Source: the human T2T-CHM13v2.0 reference genome, Homo sapiens
Length of the DNA: 64,000 nt
Assembly (NCBI RefSeq): GCF_009914755.1
Contig: NC_060926.1
Direction: 5' to 3' (one strand)
The notes below the pieces were generated by a model. That model saw only the letters and a program-made list of their open reading frames with translations, did no database searches and was not told the origin of the DNA. Below are positions 21,801 to 41,571 of this stretch, in pieces (the stretch's first letter is position 1; each line of letters begins with the position of its first letter). The translations under genes and the position numbers were made by a program.

Positions 21801-22350
21801 CACGTCCAACCCTAACGTGGCGTCCGCTTATGAAGCATGGAGGTTGTAATCAACTCTTGGTACGCAATAAACTGGAAGTTTAAAAAAAGGAATTTAAAAC
21901 AACCTAAAAATGTTTCTTGGTCTCCGTTGCCCAGACTGCCAGGGGAATACACCTACTTCATCTGGGGAGGCTGCAGGGGTGTGTGTGGGTTCAACCTTCA
22001 GGGATCATCAATTTCAGCTTCCAGCGTGTGGCCAATACCCCATGTGGCAAATACCAGACAAGGGTCTTCTGAACCCACAGTAATTCCCACTAGTCATGGA
22101 GGAGCCCCAATCCAACGGAACCCCATATTGAGGAAAGGCTGAGATAAGGCTTGGGCCCCTCAAGTTCTGTTTCGTTCAAGGTAACCCTACCCTCCCTCAG
22201 TCAGCGGGAGGCAGACTTGGCAACGGAAGCTAGCATCATAAAATGGTGCAGTAATAGAAGTAACTGGACCAGGAAGAGGAGGCATCTGCTCCAATGATGT
22301 CATAGCCATTGGTGGCCACGGGGGGGTGGGACTGGTCATGCAGCCGTGTG
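18885..22350 (-). other. AMMECR1L: AMMECR1L 3'UTR (~3.5 kb)
   Basis: Alu-free sequence after the TGA; minus-strand AATAAA at 20489-20494, 19282-19287, 19204-19209 and 18903-18908. Confidence 0.75.
18903..18908 (-). terminator. Candidate main AMMECR1L poly(A) signal AATAAA
   Basis: tttatt on +, followed on the minus strand by a GU/U-rich tract (GTTTTGTTCTGCTTTTTCTTTTTT, about 18860-18885). Confidence 0.7.
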
Positions 22351-22518
<168 letters not shown>

Positions 22519-23569
22519 TCACTCAGCAGAGAAAAACCAAAAGCTTATTCCACATTTTGAAAGAATAAAATGGAAGACCAAGAGCAATCTTACTTACAGA
22601 AAATGAAAGACAGCACAAGAAAACAATGTTGTTATTACAAATGAACAAGATGAAAAAGCACAATCACAATTCCCCCGAGAATGTGTTTCAGCACATCCCA
22701 CCTTGAAACACTACACGTGCTTATCATCAGGCTGCTCGTAAGCAATCCGCTACTGGGGTCTGGATGAAGAATTTCAAGGTCAAATTACTCGGGTGGCAGA
22801 TTGGAAGATGGCTGCACCAAAACCCAGTGCAAACTGCACATCTACTTCCAGAGTAAATGTGATACATTTGACAGAAATGCAACCTCAATTCGCGTAAGAG
22901 CAACAAACAAGTTATTATAACTAAAAGGGACACAGATACCTAATTCTGGGTCAAAGTCTGCTGAAGCAGGTTAAAGGATCCTTGGGGCTATATAGGTCTC
23001 ACTCCCCAGATGAATATGCCATATCACAGGGTCGTCAGAACAGAATTCATAGCACTTTGGCTGTGCTCTGGAAAGAGCCATGAGTCAGGATGCGAAGCAT
23101 GGGGTGTTACAAACCTATGGAGCCTACTACAGACCACAGGAGCTGGGTGTGACAATCCTTACCCAGAGCCATCTCTTTCCCACTGTAATCACTCCTCCAC
23201 TGCAAGGTGATTATTCCTGAATTTTGACAGGGAAATGGCTGTTCAAATAAATTATAATAATAATAATAATGCTTTGTATTTGAAGAGTTTTTTGTTGTTT
23301 TTTAAAAATTTTTGGAATCCAAAGCATTTAAAAAACACTGGGTCATCTTCCAAACAGACCTGTGAGATTAGTATATGATTATTCAGCATTTTACAGATGA
23401 GGGGCCCAAAAGAGGCCCACAAAAGCCCATAGAAGCTAAACCTCTCAGTGTTTCTGATTTCAATAGGGATGAGAAGAGAACTAACATCTCCTGATCACCT
23501 ACAATGTTGACTGGCCACAGGCTAGAAATTTTCCATACATTACCTTAGCACAGCCTCAAACAACTCTAA

Positions 23570-23700
23570 GGTATTATCATTCACATCTTACAGACAGGGA
23601 ACAGGCTCAGAGAGGCAGAATAACTGGCTCAGGTCACACAGCTAGTACATGTTGAGCTGGGATTCCAACTCCAAGTCCATCTGCATTCTACTACACTAGG
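23570..23700 (-). mobile_element. MIR
   Basis: ttacagacagggaacaggctcagagaggcagaataactggctcaggtcacacagctagta matches the MIR core. Confidence 0.75.
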
Positions 23701-24155
23701 CAGCCTCCTCCTAGAAGTATTCCCCACAAATGAGAGGCATTTCCTTTTAACTTTTTGTAAAAGCATTTTCTTACTCTCCTGTATCTCCTGCCGTCTGACT
23801 ACATGTGCAGTCAGAAAGCAGCACCTCAACTGACTCTGGACTTCCAGAGAGCCTTGTCTCCTAATCTCAGTCTCCCCCTCAGCCTCCCAACCACGTGGGT
23901 CTGGCAAAGCCATCCACAGCCTGCAGGGCAGACCTGCCCTGCTCCAACTGTGCCCCCAGCTCAGCTATGGAGACACACAGGATGCTGGGAGAGTCTCTGC
24001 CTTTGCTGCCACTGCTTCCTCAAAATGTGAACTTCACCCACACTTCTTTGATTTAGGGACATTCACAGAGAACACTTCTTCTCCATCCCATCAAAATTAT
24101 CCTCCATTCAACCCCAACTAAATTGAAATGATAAGGAAAACAAGACAATGGCTTA

Positions 24156-24362
<207 letters not shown>

Positions 24363-24721
24363 CTAAGGCAGAGGAAGCCCTGGGCACTGACCCCCACGTA
24401 CCTGGCGCCCAGTCTGTCTGCCAGTCCCGTGGAGACTCTGAGACATGAGATGATAGCCCGACACATGCCATAATGGCTGTCCCCAGGCTCCCTGCTCCTG
24501 CGTCCTTCCTGTCAGATGTTACCCCAGTATAATTATCTAGGAACAAACATGGTTCCAACTTAGACCAGCCTATTGGCCTAGTGCTGGTACCCAAGGCTGC
24601 TCTGTGGGAAGAGAGGAATTTAAATTCTGCAACTTATATTCCTTTGTGTGATCTTCCTTCAATCTGATGATTTTTGGAGTCCTGTTTTCTATGGTAAAAA
24701 ATTGACAGTGAGAAAGAAGCT

Positions 24722-25423
<702 letters not shown>

Positions 25424-25977
25424 TCATTCTTAACAGATAAAACCAACTTCATCAAATTGAAAAACCAAAGAAAATCCCCTAAATTACTATGCTAGGTGCT
25501 CCGAAGTTTTTATTTTTCCAACCAACTTTCAAATGGCAAAAGTAATTTAATTATTTACTTAAGTTATTATTTACACCTCCCCATTACAAAACATGGTATG
25601 CCTCCTTGTACAGAGTGTGTTAGGTTTATGACCTAAAAGAGGTGGCTAAAAGGTTTGCTATTATGCCACATATACACTGCTCTTGAAAAAGTTTAAGCAC
25701 AAGCAAAATAAAAACCAACCAGGCAATCGTTTTCCATGTTTGCTCATGATATACACTTCACCGGGTATTTTTTCTCTATTCTAGGCTCATACCCAACAAA
25801 TACTGTGTTTCACATATTATTTTCAAAATCAGACTAATTCCAAGAAAGAAGGAAAACTGCACTACGTATCACAGAATGCACAAGCAACATGTAAAGGTAC
25901 CCTTCTAGATATTCTTTTAAAGACAAAATCTGCTCGATCCACCCTACCTTTAACGTCCCCATCAGAAGAACTTATAG

Positions 25978-26279
<302 letters not shown>

Positions 26280-26609
26280 GACTACTGAGTTCTTTAAAAA
26301 ACAGTAGGGACTATGTTTACACCCTTTGCCATGTATAATATTGTTTAATGATTTGTGATCCAAAGTTCGGTACCTACTGAATTCTACAATATGGTCAGGT
26401 TGATTGGTGGTATTTTGCTACAATTGCCACTGTAGTTTAAGGGGCTAAGAAATAAAACTATTCATTGAAAAGAAGTGTTTGAAATATCAGGCGAGTAAGT
26501 GAACGATTTACCCTTTTGCTTTTCCCAGCTCCTAAACCTTTTTGGAAGTTTACCCTTGGTTCTATAGGAATTTGACAGGTATTAAGAGGCAGAAAGGCCC
26601 TCATTCTCA

Positions 26610-26801
<192 letters not shown>

Positions 26802-27172
26802 CTATAGAAAAAAGTACAACCAAGTAAATGGCATTTACTTACTCTAATGGAACTTCAGTCCCCACATATAAATCAACATTGTTCCCTGACCAGCTTAACA
26901 CAGGCCTGGAAAAGGGAGACCTTCTCGCATTTCATGACTAATTCTATCTCAGGAGGTATAGAGGCCAAAGAAAGTTCTGCTTTTAGGGAAGGGTCGAGAG
27001 TATGTGCAGCCAACTCTGAGAATATGAAGGTAGGAGAAATGCATTCTTTAAGTAATTCATCCAGGAATTGTGAATATGTTCCTTGACCCTATTCCATTAA
27101 ATAAACATGCCACAAGGTTTTTATCTGGGGTCATGATCCTTCACATCTGATTCCTAATAAAAACTTTTATTT

Positions 27173-27760
<588 letters not shown>

Positions 27761-28017
27761 TTTACTCCAGGGCTTGCCAAGAAGGATCTGGAATATTTTC
27801 TTTTACCCCATTATCTCTTATTAGACATGGGAGAAGGATGTAAACCAAGCAGACTAGGGAGAATCAGGAGAAGCGAGCCTTTCCACTGACACTTCTGCCT
27901 ACTCCTGGTATAGCAGCACCTCTTCTGTCACCTATGTTGCCCACAATTGGTTCCAAACTCAGCCTTCACATTCTTATACCCTTTCTCTCAATGAAGGAGA
28001 TACATTGCCATGTACTA

Positions 28018-28239
<222 letters not shown>

Positions 28240-28505
28240 TCAGGTGCCATAGAGCCCACATATTTATGAATCTTGAGCTATGCAGAGAGTATCTATTGTT
28301 CATCAACACTAACATGTTAAAAACAACTCGATGCTATTAACTGTCTGTACTTGAACTGATAACTGACTCACCAGATTAAGCCCCTTACATTTCCTGATTA
28401 CCAAAAAGAGAAAGCTCAACGTACATCACTTAGAAGAAATAAAGTCAGGCAGCTATTTCTGATTCTAGCCAATTTATCTACAGTTCTTAATGTCTGGTGT
28501 CATTA

Positions 28506-28694
<189 letters not shown>

Positions 28695-29160
28695 CTATTC
28701 ATTTCTGTTATTGCCAAAAATCCCTGTTTTTGGACTTGCCAGCTACCCGAAGGACTCTCTGCCTTTCTGAAAACGGCACAGCCCCTGGCTGGAAACGGGA
28801 AACCTACAAGGCAGCATAAGGAAAGGCTCCGTGTAGTGGTTCCCATGTTCCATGCTGACAGCTTTAATTCACTTTGCCGCCAAATTTACATGCTACTTTC
28901 CTCTTTCTCTGCCCAAGACTCAACTTTTCCTTCGAATTCTCCAGTTTCCTCTTCCCTAAGTCTATTTATCCAGGTAGCCATGCTCCCCCGCTCCGTCTTT
29001 CATGATGACACGCCTCACCTGCACAGCCCCGTTCATCTGCAAACCCATGTTGCTTCCATGATCATGTCTGCCCCTGACAACTACAAATATTTCCACTCAC
29101 AAATTTTCAGAAAAAAAAGTTCCCTCAAAAAACATTTTTTAATTTTTAAAAAAAGATTTA

Positions 29161-29623
<463 letters not shown>

Positions 29624-31085
29624 TGAGTTGCCATTTTCTGTTTCTAGGCCAAAGTCACACTTCATTAAGGCTATATCAGATTGACAGTGACAGATTTTTT
29701 AGCAAGAGGTTTCAAGGCCTGTTCCCTCTTCCTGAAATCCCTCCACACTCTAATGTCCTTACCTCTTAGATTGAGTTAATCATTTCTAGAGGCAACTTAA
29801 GTTTTCAAAGTTATCTGCTTTGATCACTGTCACAAAGGTCCCCACAGCAGCTGTCCCATCTAGCCATCTTTTCCTCCCAATAAAGCACCTGCACAGCACC
29901 AGCCAAAGCTGCAGCCCCAAAGCCTACTGAAAAATCCTTCAAGACAAGGCCTCCATTGCCTGCAGGATGGAAATGCAAAGCCTTGAATACAACAGTCTAA
30001 ACCTTCCCTAAACACCCACATCATCACCTGTTCTTCCAAACTGCATCTCTCTCTTACGTGGGGCACCCTGGATCTCACTCAGGCTTGGGATCTCCACCTG
30101 CTCAGTCAGGTGTTTTCTAACCATGTTACCCCAGGGTGACGGTTCCCAAAAAACCGAGCACACTTCCCTCCAGGTTTCCTCTCCTCTGACACACTCACAG
30201 AGAACAACTTCCCCTTAGCTCTGTGCGTGTGTGATTTGCCAACCTGACAGGCCTCCCAAGGGAAGAGGCTCCTTTTCTTCACACCCTCTCCATGCCCCAG
30301 CCAAGGTTTTGTAGTCTCCGTATGGCAATCAACAACTGAGGAATGAATAATCTCATATCAATGAACACTCCAAAAGCATACCCCCAAAACAAAAATAAAA
30401 AAACAGCAATGCTCTTCAAAGCCAGCTCAGAGCGGCTTCCAATTCTGAGGAAGAAGAAAATGCTAGCATGGAATTCTTCAGTTTACTTTATACATATTGC
30501 TTATTTAAGTCACTGAGACCAGTAGAGGGCTTGGGACAAGCAACAAAGAATCTTGAACTAAAAATACTGAAGCAGATTCTGACTTCTTGATGGGATGTGA
30601 GTGGCCCTACAGGTTTACCAAGGGATTTCTCATGAACAAAGTGAGGGGACCCCTGTTAACCAAATCGCAGATCCCAGTGAATGAGAGCTCCTAGTCTCCA
30701 GCCTGGCCCTCAGACTTCCAACTCACCTGGACTTCAACACTATGGGTGTCCCCAATGGTATGGCGTGACTTCCCCACTTGAGAGGTTAAATGCCATACCC
30801 ACTGCCATGTGAACCAACAGAAGAGCCAAGAATGAACTCACTTGATTTCCAGAACATTACTTTAACAACAAGCCTACAGCCTCCTCCAAATGTGAACTGC
30901 TCCCTTCCATTACTGAATCCACTGAATGTTTTAAATATTCTCTGGACATTTCTTATCATTCTCTTCCCATTACCCTTTCCTCAAATGATAATAAAGACTT
31001 CCAAGTAGCAGACCCTCTCAAGAGAATCACCCCAGAAAGATGTCACCATGCCTTCCTCAGTGCCCCCAGCACATGATTTACTCAC

Positions 31086-31498
<413 letters not shown>

Positions 31499-33059
31499 TC
31501 AGTGCTCAAGGTCTGGAATGCTGCAGAACCCTAACCAAAATGAGAAGTTAAGCATTAATTTGACTGGTTAGTTAAAAGGAGAGGAAAAAACATCAAAGAT
31601 AGAGAGTCTGCATTGACCAGCTAAGAGCTGTCAAATTCTTTCTCCCACTCAACCTCCAGGTCACAGACCAGGAGAAGAAACCCCTAACCTTTTCCTAAAA
31701 GAGAATTTTTATTTTCCATAAAATTTCCAGATGACTACCATGGATGGAGGCAGGCACCAAGCAGCTCCCTGTTCCCCAAGAGTCCCCAGGGCAGAAGACA
31801 GGGTGGGGCACCAGCCAGCGTGAAGCTGGCTGAGGACATTTCCAGACTGCCTGGAGGGCTGCGCACGACCTGTCAGACTCATCATCATGATGTCTCTACC
31901 TTTTTTAGAGGCTCCAAATTGAACCATCCTATTTTTAAAGAACTCCAGAGGAACTTTCATGATTTTCCTTGTTAACCACATCCTTCTGTATTTTCCTCAT
32001 CACTAACTACAATCTATCTTCGTACTTTCAGCCCCAAACCACAGCAAGGATGAAAAGCAGTTGGCTGTCACTCTGAAGAGGGCACATCTTCTAACACAAG
32101 GCTCCCACCTTTCTGTCTCTGCAGCTCTCCTCCTCCAGCCCCCTCATTCTCTTTGGTTCCCCTCTGAACTCACTCCAATTTCTATACATCTCCCTATCCT
32201 TTCAAGACCCCATTCAGAAAACCTGCAACCTAGCAGAAACCTTTATTCACATGAATGACCCAAGCTTCACAGCCCTTTTGTGAGGTGGCAGTTTCTGCCC
32301 TGTCATAGCCAGCCAGACAGATACAAAGCCACCCAGCTTAACAAAATGTGGTGTCACATGGGCTGGGGAGCCACAGCCTCCTCCCAGCTGATGATGCGAA
32401 GGGAAGGAAGGGATTTTTTTTTTAATTGTTTTTTTCTTTAAAAGCCCGCGGTAAAAATGTATAGCCATAACACAACTAAGGTCCTCTCTGTTGTCTGAAA
32501 AGTGTCACTCCTCAACAGAATCAGGAAAATAGAGCCTAGTTATTTCAATGTTGACAATACTGAAGTTTCTAAGTACAGAAAACTAAGTTTTCTCTCAAGT
32601 CATTGTATGTTATTGTTTTGGCTGGAAAGAGAGAGAAAGAAGGGCAAGTGGGGGGAGGGAGAGAGAGAAGAGAGATTTGCGCTGTCCTACCTAAATTTTC
32701 CCCTGTGATTTGGACATGTCATATAATTATCTTTTTAGGCATTGATCTACAAATAGTATTTCAGGTGTAAATTCTTCAACCTTTTAAATTTCAAATTAAA
32801 TATTTACACACCCATCTGCAATGCCATTATTTCTAAACAACTTGTCACTTTACGTTGAATGATATAAACATTTTACAAGGATTATTTATGTTCTTCATAT
32901 ATGCTGATCCATAACAAAATACACATCAAGGGCATTTCCGATTGAGATCAAAGCTCTCTGTGGCCGAAGAATAATAGCTTGTACATTCTCATGCCTTGCT
33001 TGAAATAGGGGCTTCTCTCTTTCCCTCTCCTCCCCTCTCCTCTTCTCTCTCTCTCTCTC

Positions 33060-33716
<657 letters not shown>

Positions 33717-33992
33717 TCTTTTTGAGAAAGTCTTACATACTCAATATAATAAAACCTCCAATGACTACACTGTTTCTGACCATGGATGTCACTGTCTTAT
33801 TTGGACTGTTGAGAGGGGAAGCAGAGTGCCTTGGTTTTTTAAAATGCTGCCTCCAAAGCCAGGTGGCCTGGGCTCAAATCCTGGTTCCTCCACGATTAAC
33901 CTCTTTCTGCCTCAGTTTACTCAAAACAGGAATAATAATAGTATTTGCTTCCTAGGGTTAGGTGAATTAAATGAGTTTAACATATGTAAAGA

Positions 33993-35342
<1,350 letters not shown>

Positions 35343-36410
35343 TTAATTTCTAGGGTATGTTAAGAACTAATCTAACAGCTTATAGAATCTTGCCAACAAA
35401 AATGGAGCCAGGAAAACAATATGAAAAACCAAGCCCAAAGTCAACATCTCAGCCATCACCTGGAAAATTATCCCCTCATCCAGGGTCATTTGAATCCACG
35501 ATGGGTGTCACCAGCCTGAGTTCTCACTTGACTCTACTTTGTGTGCAACTGTGGGCAGCGAGCTAGAGATACAGGTCAGATGAAGCAGCAGGACCGCATT
35601 CCCAGAGAGCTGGTGTTTTAATAGGGCTCTGAGGCTCTGCACCTCTAGAGCCTCAGAATTCAAAGAATCGAAGGGAAAGAATAAAATGCAAAAGCTAAAA
35701 AAACCTTTCATCATTCTCATTACACCAAACCACACCTGAAGGAAAAGCTAAATGTCGTGAGATAGAGGCAACAACTCAGACATTCTCTTCCAGGTGGTAT
35801 CAGCCACCTGACTGGTGAAACACTCCATCACAGAGCAACAGAAGGGATTTTCAAACCACACCAATGCAGATGAACTCAAGTCCAGAAGATTCTGCCTACA
35901 TGCCACATACAATCACTGATCCGCAGTGGGTCATAATCACAGTTGATTTTACACAGTTGTGTTTACAGTTCCCCAACATCTTCCAACTATGATTTGCAAT
36001 GAACAGAACCAACCACAATCTTTGGCCCTTTAGATCCAAGCATTTCTCTGGAGGCCACTAAATAACCAATTCAACTGATAGTCTCAGTTGAGTTTTAGTG
36101 ACCAAAAGCAGAGTTAGATATTTTCTGCATCAAAAATATATTAGAAGGCATTTCTTTAAAAGCTTATTCCATAAATTCAAATCTATGGGAAATTTCAAAC
36201 ATGACCAAAGTGGAGAAAATAGTATACTCCACAAATAGTATAATGAGCCCAATATTTAAAAATTTCCAACCTATGGCCAATCTTACTTCATCTATACCTC
36301 TGTGCATTACCTACTCTCTCCACCTCCCATCCCTCTATGGAATTATTTAAGGCAGTTTTTTGAGGGGTCCAATATTTTACTTATCTGCCAACAAAAAGCA
36401 AATATTAACT

Positions 36411-36830
36411 TGATACAGTTTGCGTGTTTGTCGCCACCCAAGTCTCATGCTGAATTGTAATCCCCAGTGTTAGCTGTGGGGCCTGGTGGGAGCTGACTGG
36501 ATCACGGGGGTGGATTTCTCATGAATGATTTAGGACCAACCTTTGGTGCTGCACTCCTGATAGTGATGACAGTGAGCGCCTTCTCTCAAGATCTGGGCAT
36601 TTAAAAGTGTGTGGCACCTCCTCCCAACTCTCTCCTGCTCCTGCATTTGTTATGTTATGTGCCCGCTCCTGCTTTGCCTTCCGCCATGAGTAAAACCTCC
36701 AAGGCCTCCCCAGAAGCAGATGCTGCTATGCTGTCTGTACAGCCTGCAGAACCCTGAGCCAATTAAGCCTTTTTTTTAAATAAGTTACCAGTCCCAGGTA
36801 TTTATAGCAATGCAAAAATGGACTAATATA
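36411..36830 (+). mobile_element. MaLR solo LTR (MST-like)
   Basis: TGATACAGTTTG...TGTAATCCCCAGTGTT...CAGCCTGCAGAACCCTGAGCCAATTAA...GACTAATATA; near-TSD taact/taaca. Confidence 0.85.
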
Positions 36831-37278
36831 TAACAACTACAGGCAAAGAATGTAAACCAAGGTGCTGGTAATAAACAAAGACTTCTTAAACATCAACCAC
36901 TATCAACAAATTTCATCGAAATTTTCTCTTTAGGTTCGAGATTCTCTAGTCCTATTCCAACAATGTAGGTATCTCATCCACAACTAAGTAGTTCCCGACT
37001 CAGCTCTCAGCACTGCCCTACAGTGATCAAGAGACACCTGGTCCTCCAGCAGCCCGGCTTTGTGAGTACTAGGTAAGGTACTTCAGAATAATAGCATTCT
37101 AATAGATCAGACTATCCTTCTGATCAGCCAAAAACAAATGCTCCACTTAATGACATACTTACCTCTTCTAAATCTGTGCCCGCCAAACTTCCCTGCCAAA
37201 CTTTATAAAAACTACCAAGGATGGTACTGTGAGCATAGTACAAATTACTGTGAAGCTGGTTCATTTGAAATAAGAGAA

Positions 37279-37410
37279 GCCAGGCGCAGGAGCTCACGCC
37301 TGTAATCCCTACACTTAGAGAGGCAGAGGCAGGCGGATAGCTTGAGCCCTGGAGTTTGAGACCTGCCTGGGCAACACAGTAAGATCCCATTCTCCACAAA
37401 AACGGAAGGA
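37279..37410 (+). mobile_element. Alu monomer (FLAM-like)
   Basis: Single left-arm Alu unit with A-rich tail. Confidence 0.8.
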
Positions 37411-38027
37411 AAAAGACAAAGTTTGAAATCAGGTGTAAAAACCCTTGCTTTATGAAAGTATATATAACCAAGACCCTTCCAGGCCTTCAGCTGGTTACTT
37501 GCACAAAGCTCAGCTCAAGGGCCATGGTGAGAGTCCCTTTTCTTCCTGTTCATCCATTAGGACCACCAATAAGAATAAGCTAGTTAAAACTAGGTTTCCA
37601 CCAGATGGAAACAATACTCATACCTCAACAAAAAGCTGGCAGAAATCACAGCAACCACTGTTTTACCTCTTAAGACCTCCTAACCTTGCAGGTGTCAAAT
37701 AAAGTGTGCCCTTAGTGCTTAAAGTCACCAGCCTTCCTCAGTGATGCTGCGGCGTCCTCATCTGCCCTGTGCTTGCAGGACGTTCTCTCTTCTCCACCTG
37801 ATGTACACACTCAAGGGGGCCCTGAACTTCATTAGGGCCTGCAACAAGGGCCACTCAGTGACTCTTCCTCCCTCTCTGTGGGGACGCTGAGCACTGCCCT
37901 GCTATTTGGAGCAGCTTACAACTTAAAAATTTCAGCCAGCACTGAACTCGGCATCACCCTGAGCCTGAGAGGCCGCAGGGCATCTGTTTCATCTTTCACT
38001 GCACCTAACATGGTGCCCTACATACAG

Positions 38028-38030
<3 letters not shown>

Positions 38031-38058
<28 letters not shown>
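38031..38058 (+). repeat. (AC)14 microsatellite
   Basis: Direct reading of the sequence. Confidence 0.9.
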
Positions 38059-39775
38059 TCCTGATTGTCACCAACAATCTTATCTACACATCTAATAATT
38101 TAAGTTTGCCTGCTGACAGTGGAGTATCGCAGAACCTGAGGATGACTGAATTACAAGCACCTATTCTTATCAACAATCTCCATTCTATTCAGCCCAAACC
38201 AAGGGATAGTTTAATAATTATTCATAGCAAAATGGATAGCCACTGTGGATAATTCATTTTAAAAATTAGGTCAACTATCACCTAAATTCACTTCTTGGTC
38301 CAATGTATGCTGGTAGCTGTCATCCTTGCTAAAACATACCAGTAGCTGTCAGTTCTGAACTGGCTTCAGGTGCCACTTCGAGGTGGCTCAAGGCTTTCTT
38401 TTGATAGGTCAGACAATCTAAACTGCAGTTGGGAAGAATCATTTTTTCCTTTTTCAATGATAGAGCACTTTCAGAACTACCCACTGGAGAATTTATTTGC
38501 CTGGGTGGCCATTTGTGGTTTCAGGGATTAATACAAACTATTTCTCATACACTGCTAGTATTTACAAACCAGGTATTGAGACTGCTATTGACACAAAGAT
38601 GTGATGATGCCCCCACTCATGTGTCTGGCTGGGCAAAAGGACCTTCCTCTCTCACTGCAGGTCCCTTCCAAGGCTACTAAGTCCACTGAAAAAAATAACT
38701 CCCATTTTCCCAGAGCAGCTCCCCTCTTCAGGGGACAGAACCTAGATTTTGAGGTTACAATCTCAGCTCAGATCCCAAGTCTGACTTGCCACGTACCAGC
38801 TACGCAACTCAGGCAAGTTTTCACATCTCTGTGGACTTGGGCTCCTGCTACCACAGAGGTTTATTTGTGAGCTGTGAAAGACACGAAAAGCACCTGGCAG
38901 TTCTGTGGCACATAACTACTATCTATTAAGTGTCTGCTGTTACCAATACTTCCCTACCCCACTGATAAAAGTAGCGTTGGTTATAAAAATAACACAGCTC
39001 TGAGTGCTTACAATTTCTAGAGGAATAATGCCCTCCTAATACAATTCCATTAAGAATGACCTTGTAATCTAAAAGATCATATTATTAACATGGGATTATT
39101 ACTCTCATGACCTTGATGGTTTCCTTCTTTGGAGAGCAATGGCTTCTAATAAATCATCCACTGTTTCTTTTCATTCTGAGATGCCAGAAAACACAGAGAA
39201 AAATACTTGGCTGCCTTGAGAGTTGTACAGTTTTATTCCACTAGAGTCCTCATTTAAGCTTACAGACATACACTAAAATAGAGACTAAATTTGCTTAAAA
39301 TGCTATTATTGTAGACATCTTGATAGATACTGAATACCAATTTTAAAAACTGTTGTCAAAGTAGTTAGGTTTCACACAACCACCAGATTAAAATATCTAG
39401 AAAAGCCTAAAGGTGGGGGGAAAAATCTAGATTCACCTTTTGAAGACAAGCCTCAAAACAGCTTATTCGAGGGCACGATCTCATAAAGATTTGGGAGGTG
39501 GGAAAAAGGCCAAGAAAAAGGGGGTCTCTGCATTTTCTTCTGTTATCATTTAGCATTTAGATGTTTGCTCAAATCAAGCTTTTCACAGAAGGGAACAAGC
39601 TGTTGTTTCCTTTGTGACACAGAGTTGACTTGAAATTCAATTTAATAATTACATTATGGGTACTGAAATGGCACCTGAGCTATAATTCTGTCCTACTTAT
39701 GGAACTATTCCAGGAAACAGTCAGAAAAACCCACATACATTCTGGTAACCATACCAAATAATCATTTATTTTTGA

Positions 39776-40683
<908 letters not shown>

Positions 40684-41461
40684 TAAAGAAAAACATGTAC
40701 CTAGGAGTCAAAACTCTTTTCACCTCCCCTCTGTTTTCTATGTGACCTGTAGCAAGGTGCCACATTTTTCTGGGCCTCAGTTCTTTCATTTGTAAAATAA
40801 AAACATTTATCCCCTGTGTCCCTCAGAGGGGCTGGGAGGCTTCACCAAGAAGTGAAACACTCTGAAAACTCTCTCCTAAGTGTTAGCATACTATCATTAA
40901 TCAACTCAAGAGGGCACAGCAGTCATAATTTTTCCCCAGAACTTTGTTTCAAGTTTACAGTGAAAAATTTTAATTATCTTCAAATCTGTGATGGGATTTT
41001 CAAGAAAATATCTTCACTATTGCAAATTTAGGACAAAATGTTCCAAAAGTCTCTCAGGACTGAAACTATAGAAAAGAGAACCAATAATTGACTTTGATCA
41101 GGAACTGCATTAACCTCTGAGTTAATTACCCTAAAACTTAAGACAACCTCTTTGGTTGTATTGAGAAACTCATTTGGGAAGGGTGAGGAGCCAGACCTTA
41201 CAAACTAGAAATATAAAGGAAAGATCATGCCACGCCACCACCTAGCTCACTCTAATGGGAGTATGAAAAACAAACTTGCCTTTGCATATTTAAATTATTT
41301 TAAAAGGGAACAAGCGGAAAAACTTCATCAACATTAGGACCCCCTCATGGAAGTAGAAAAATACAAATGAAAACACACCTACATCCCAAAATCCTAGCAC
41401 ATGCCTAAAATCAAAAACTACAACGATGCTCTACTCTAAATATGCCCAAGATAATACTCAC

Positions 41462-41571
41462 TGAAAGCAGAAAGTTTGTATTGCCAGAGGAACAGCTACA
41501 ACAGAGGAGGGGAGCTATTTTGTCTCTGGAATGAATTTTCTTCCTTCCGATTCCATTCCTTCTTCCTGTAC
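41462..41571 (-). other. AMMECR1L: AMMECR1L 5'UTR exon 2 (inferred)
   Basis: Acceptor catttccgtcttag|G and donor TCA|GTGAGT delimit a 110-nt exon with a purine-rich (GAAGAA-like) 5' half in unique sequence. Confidence 0.75.
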
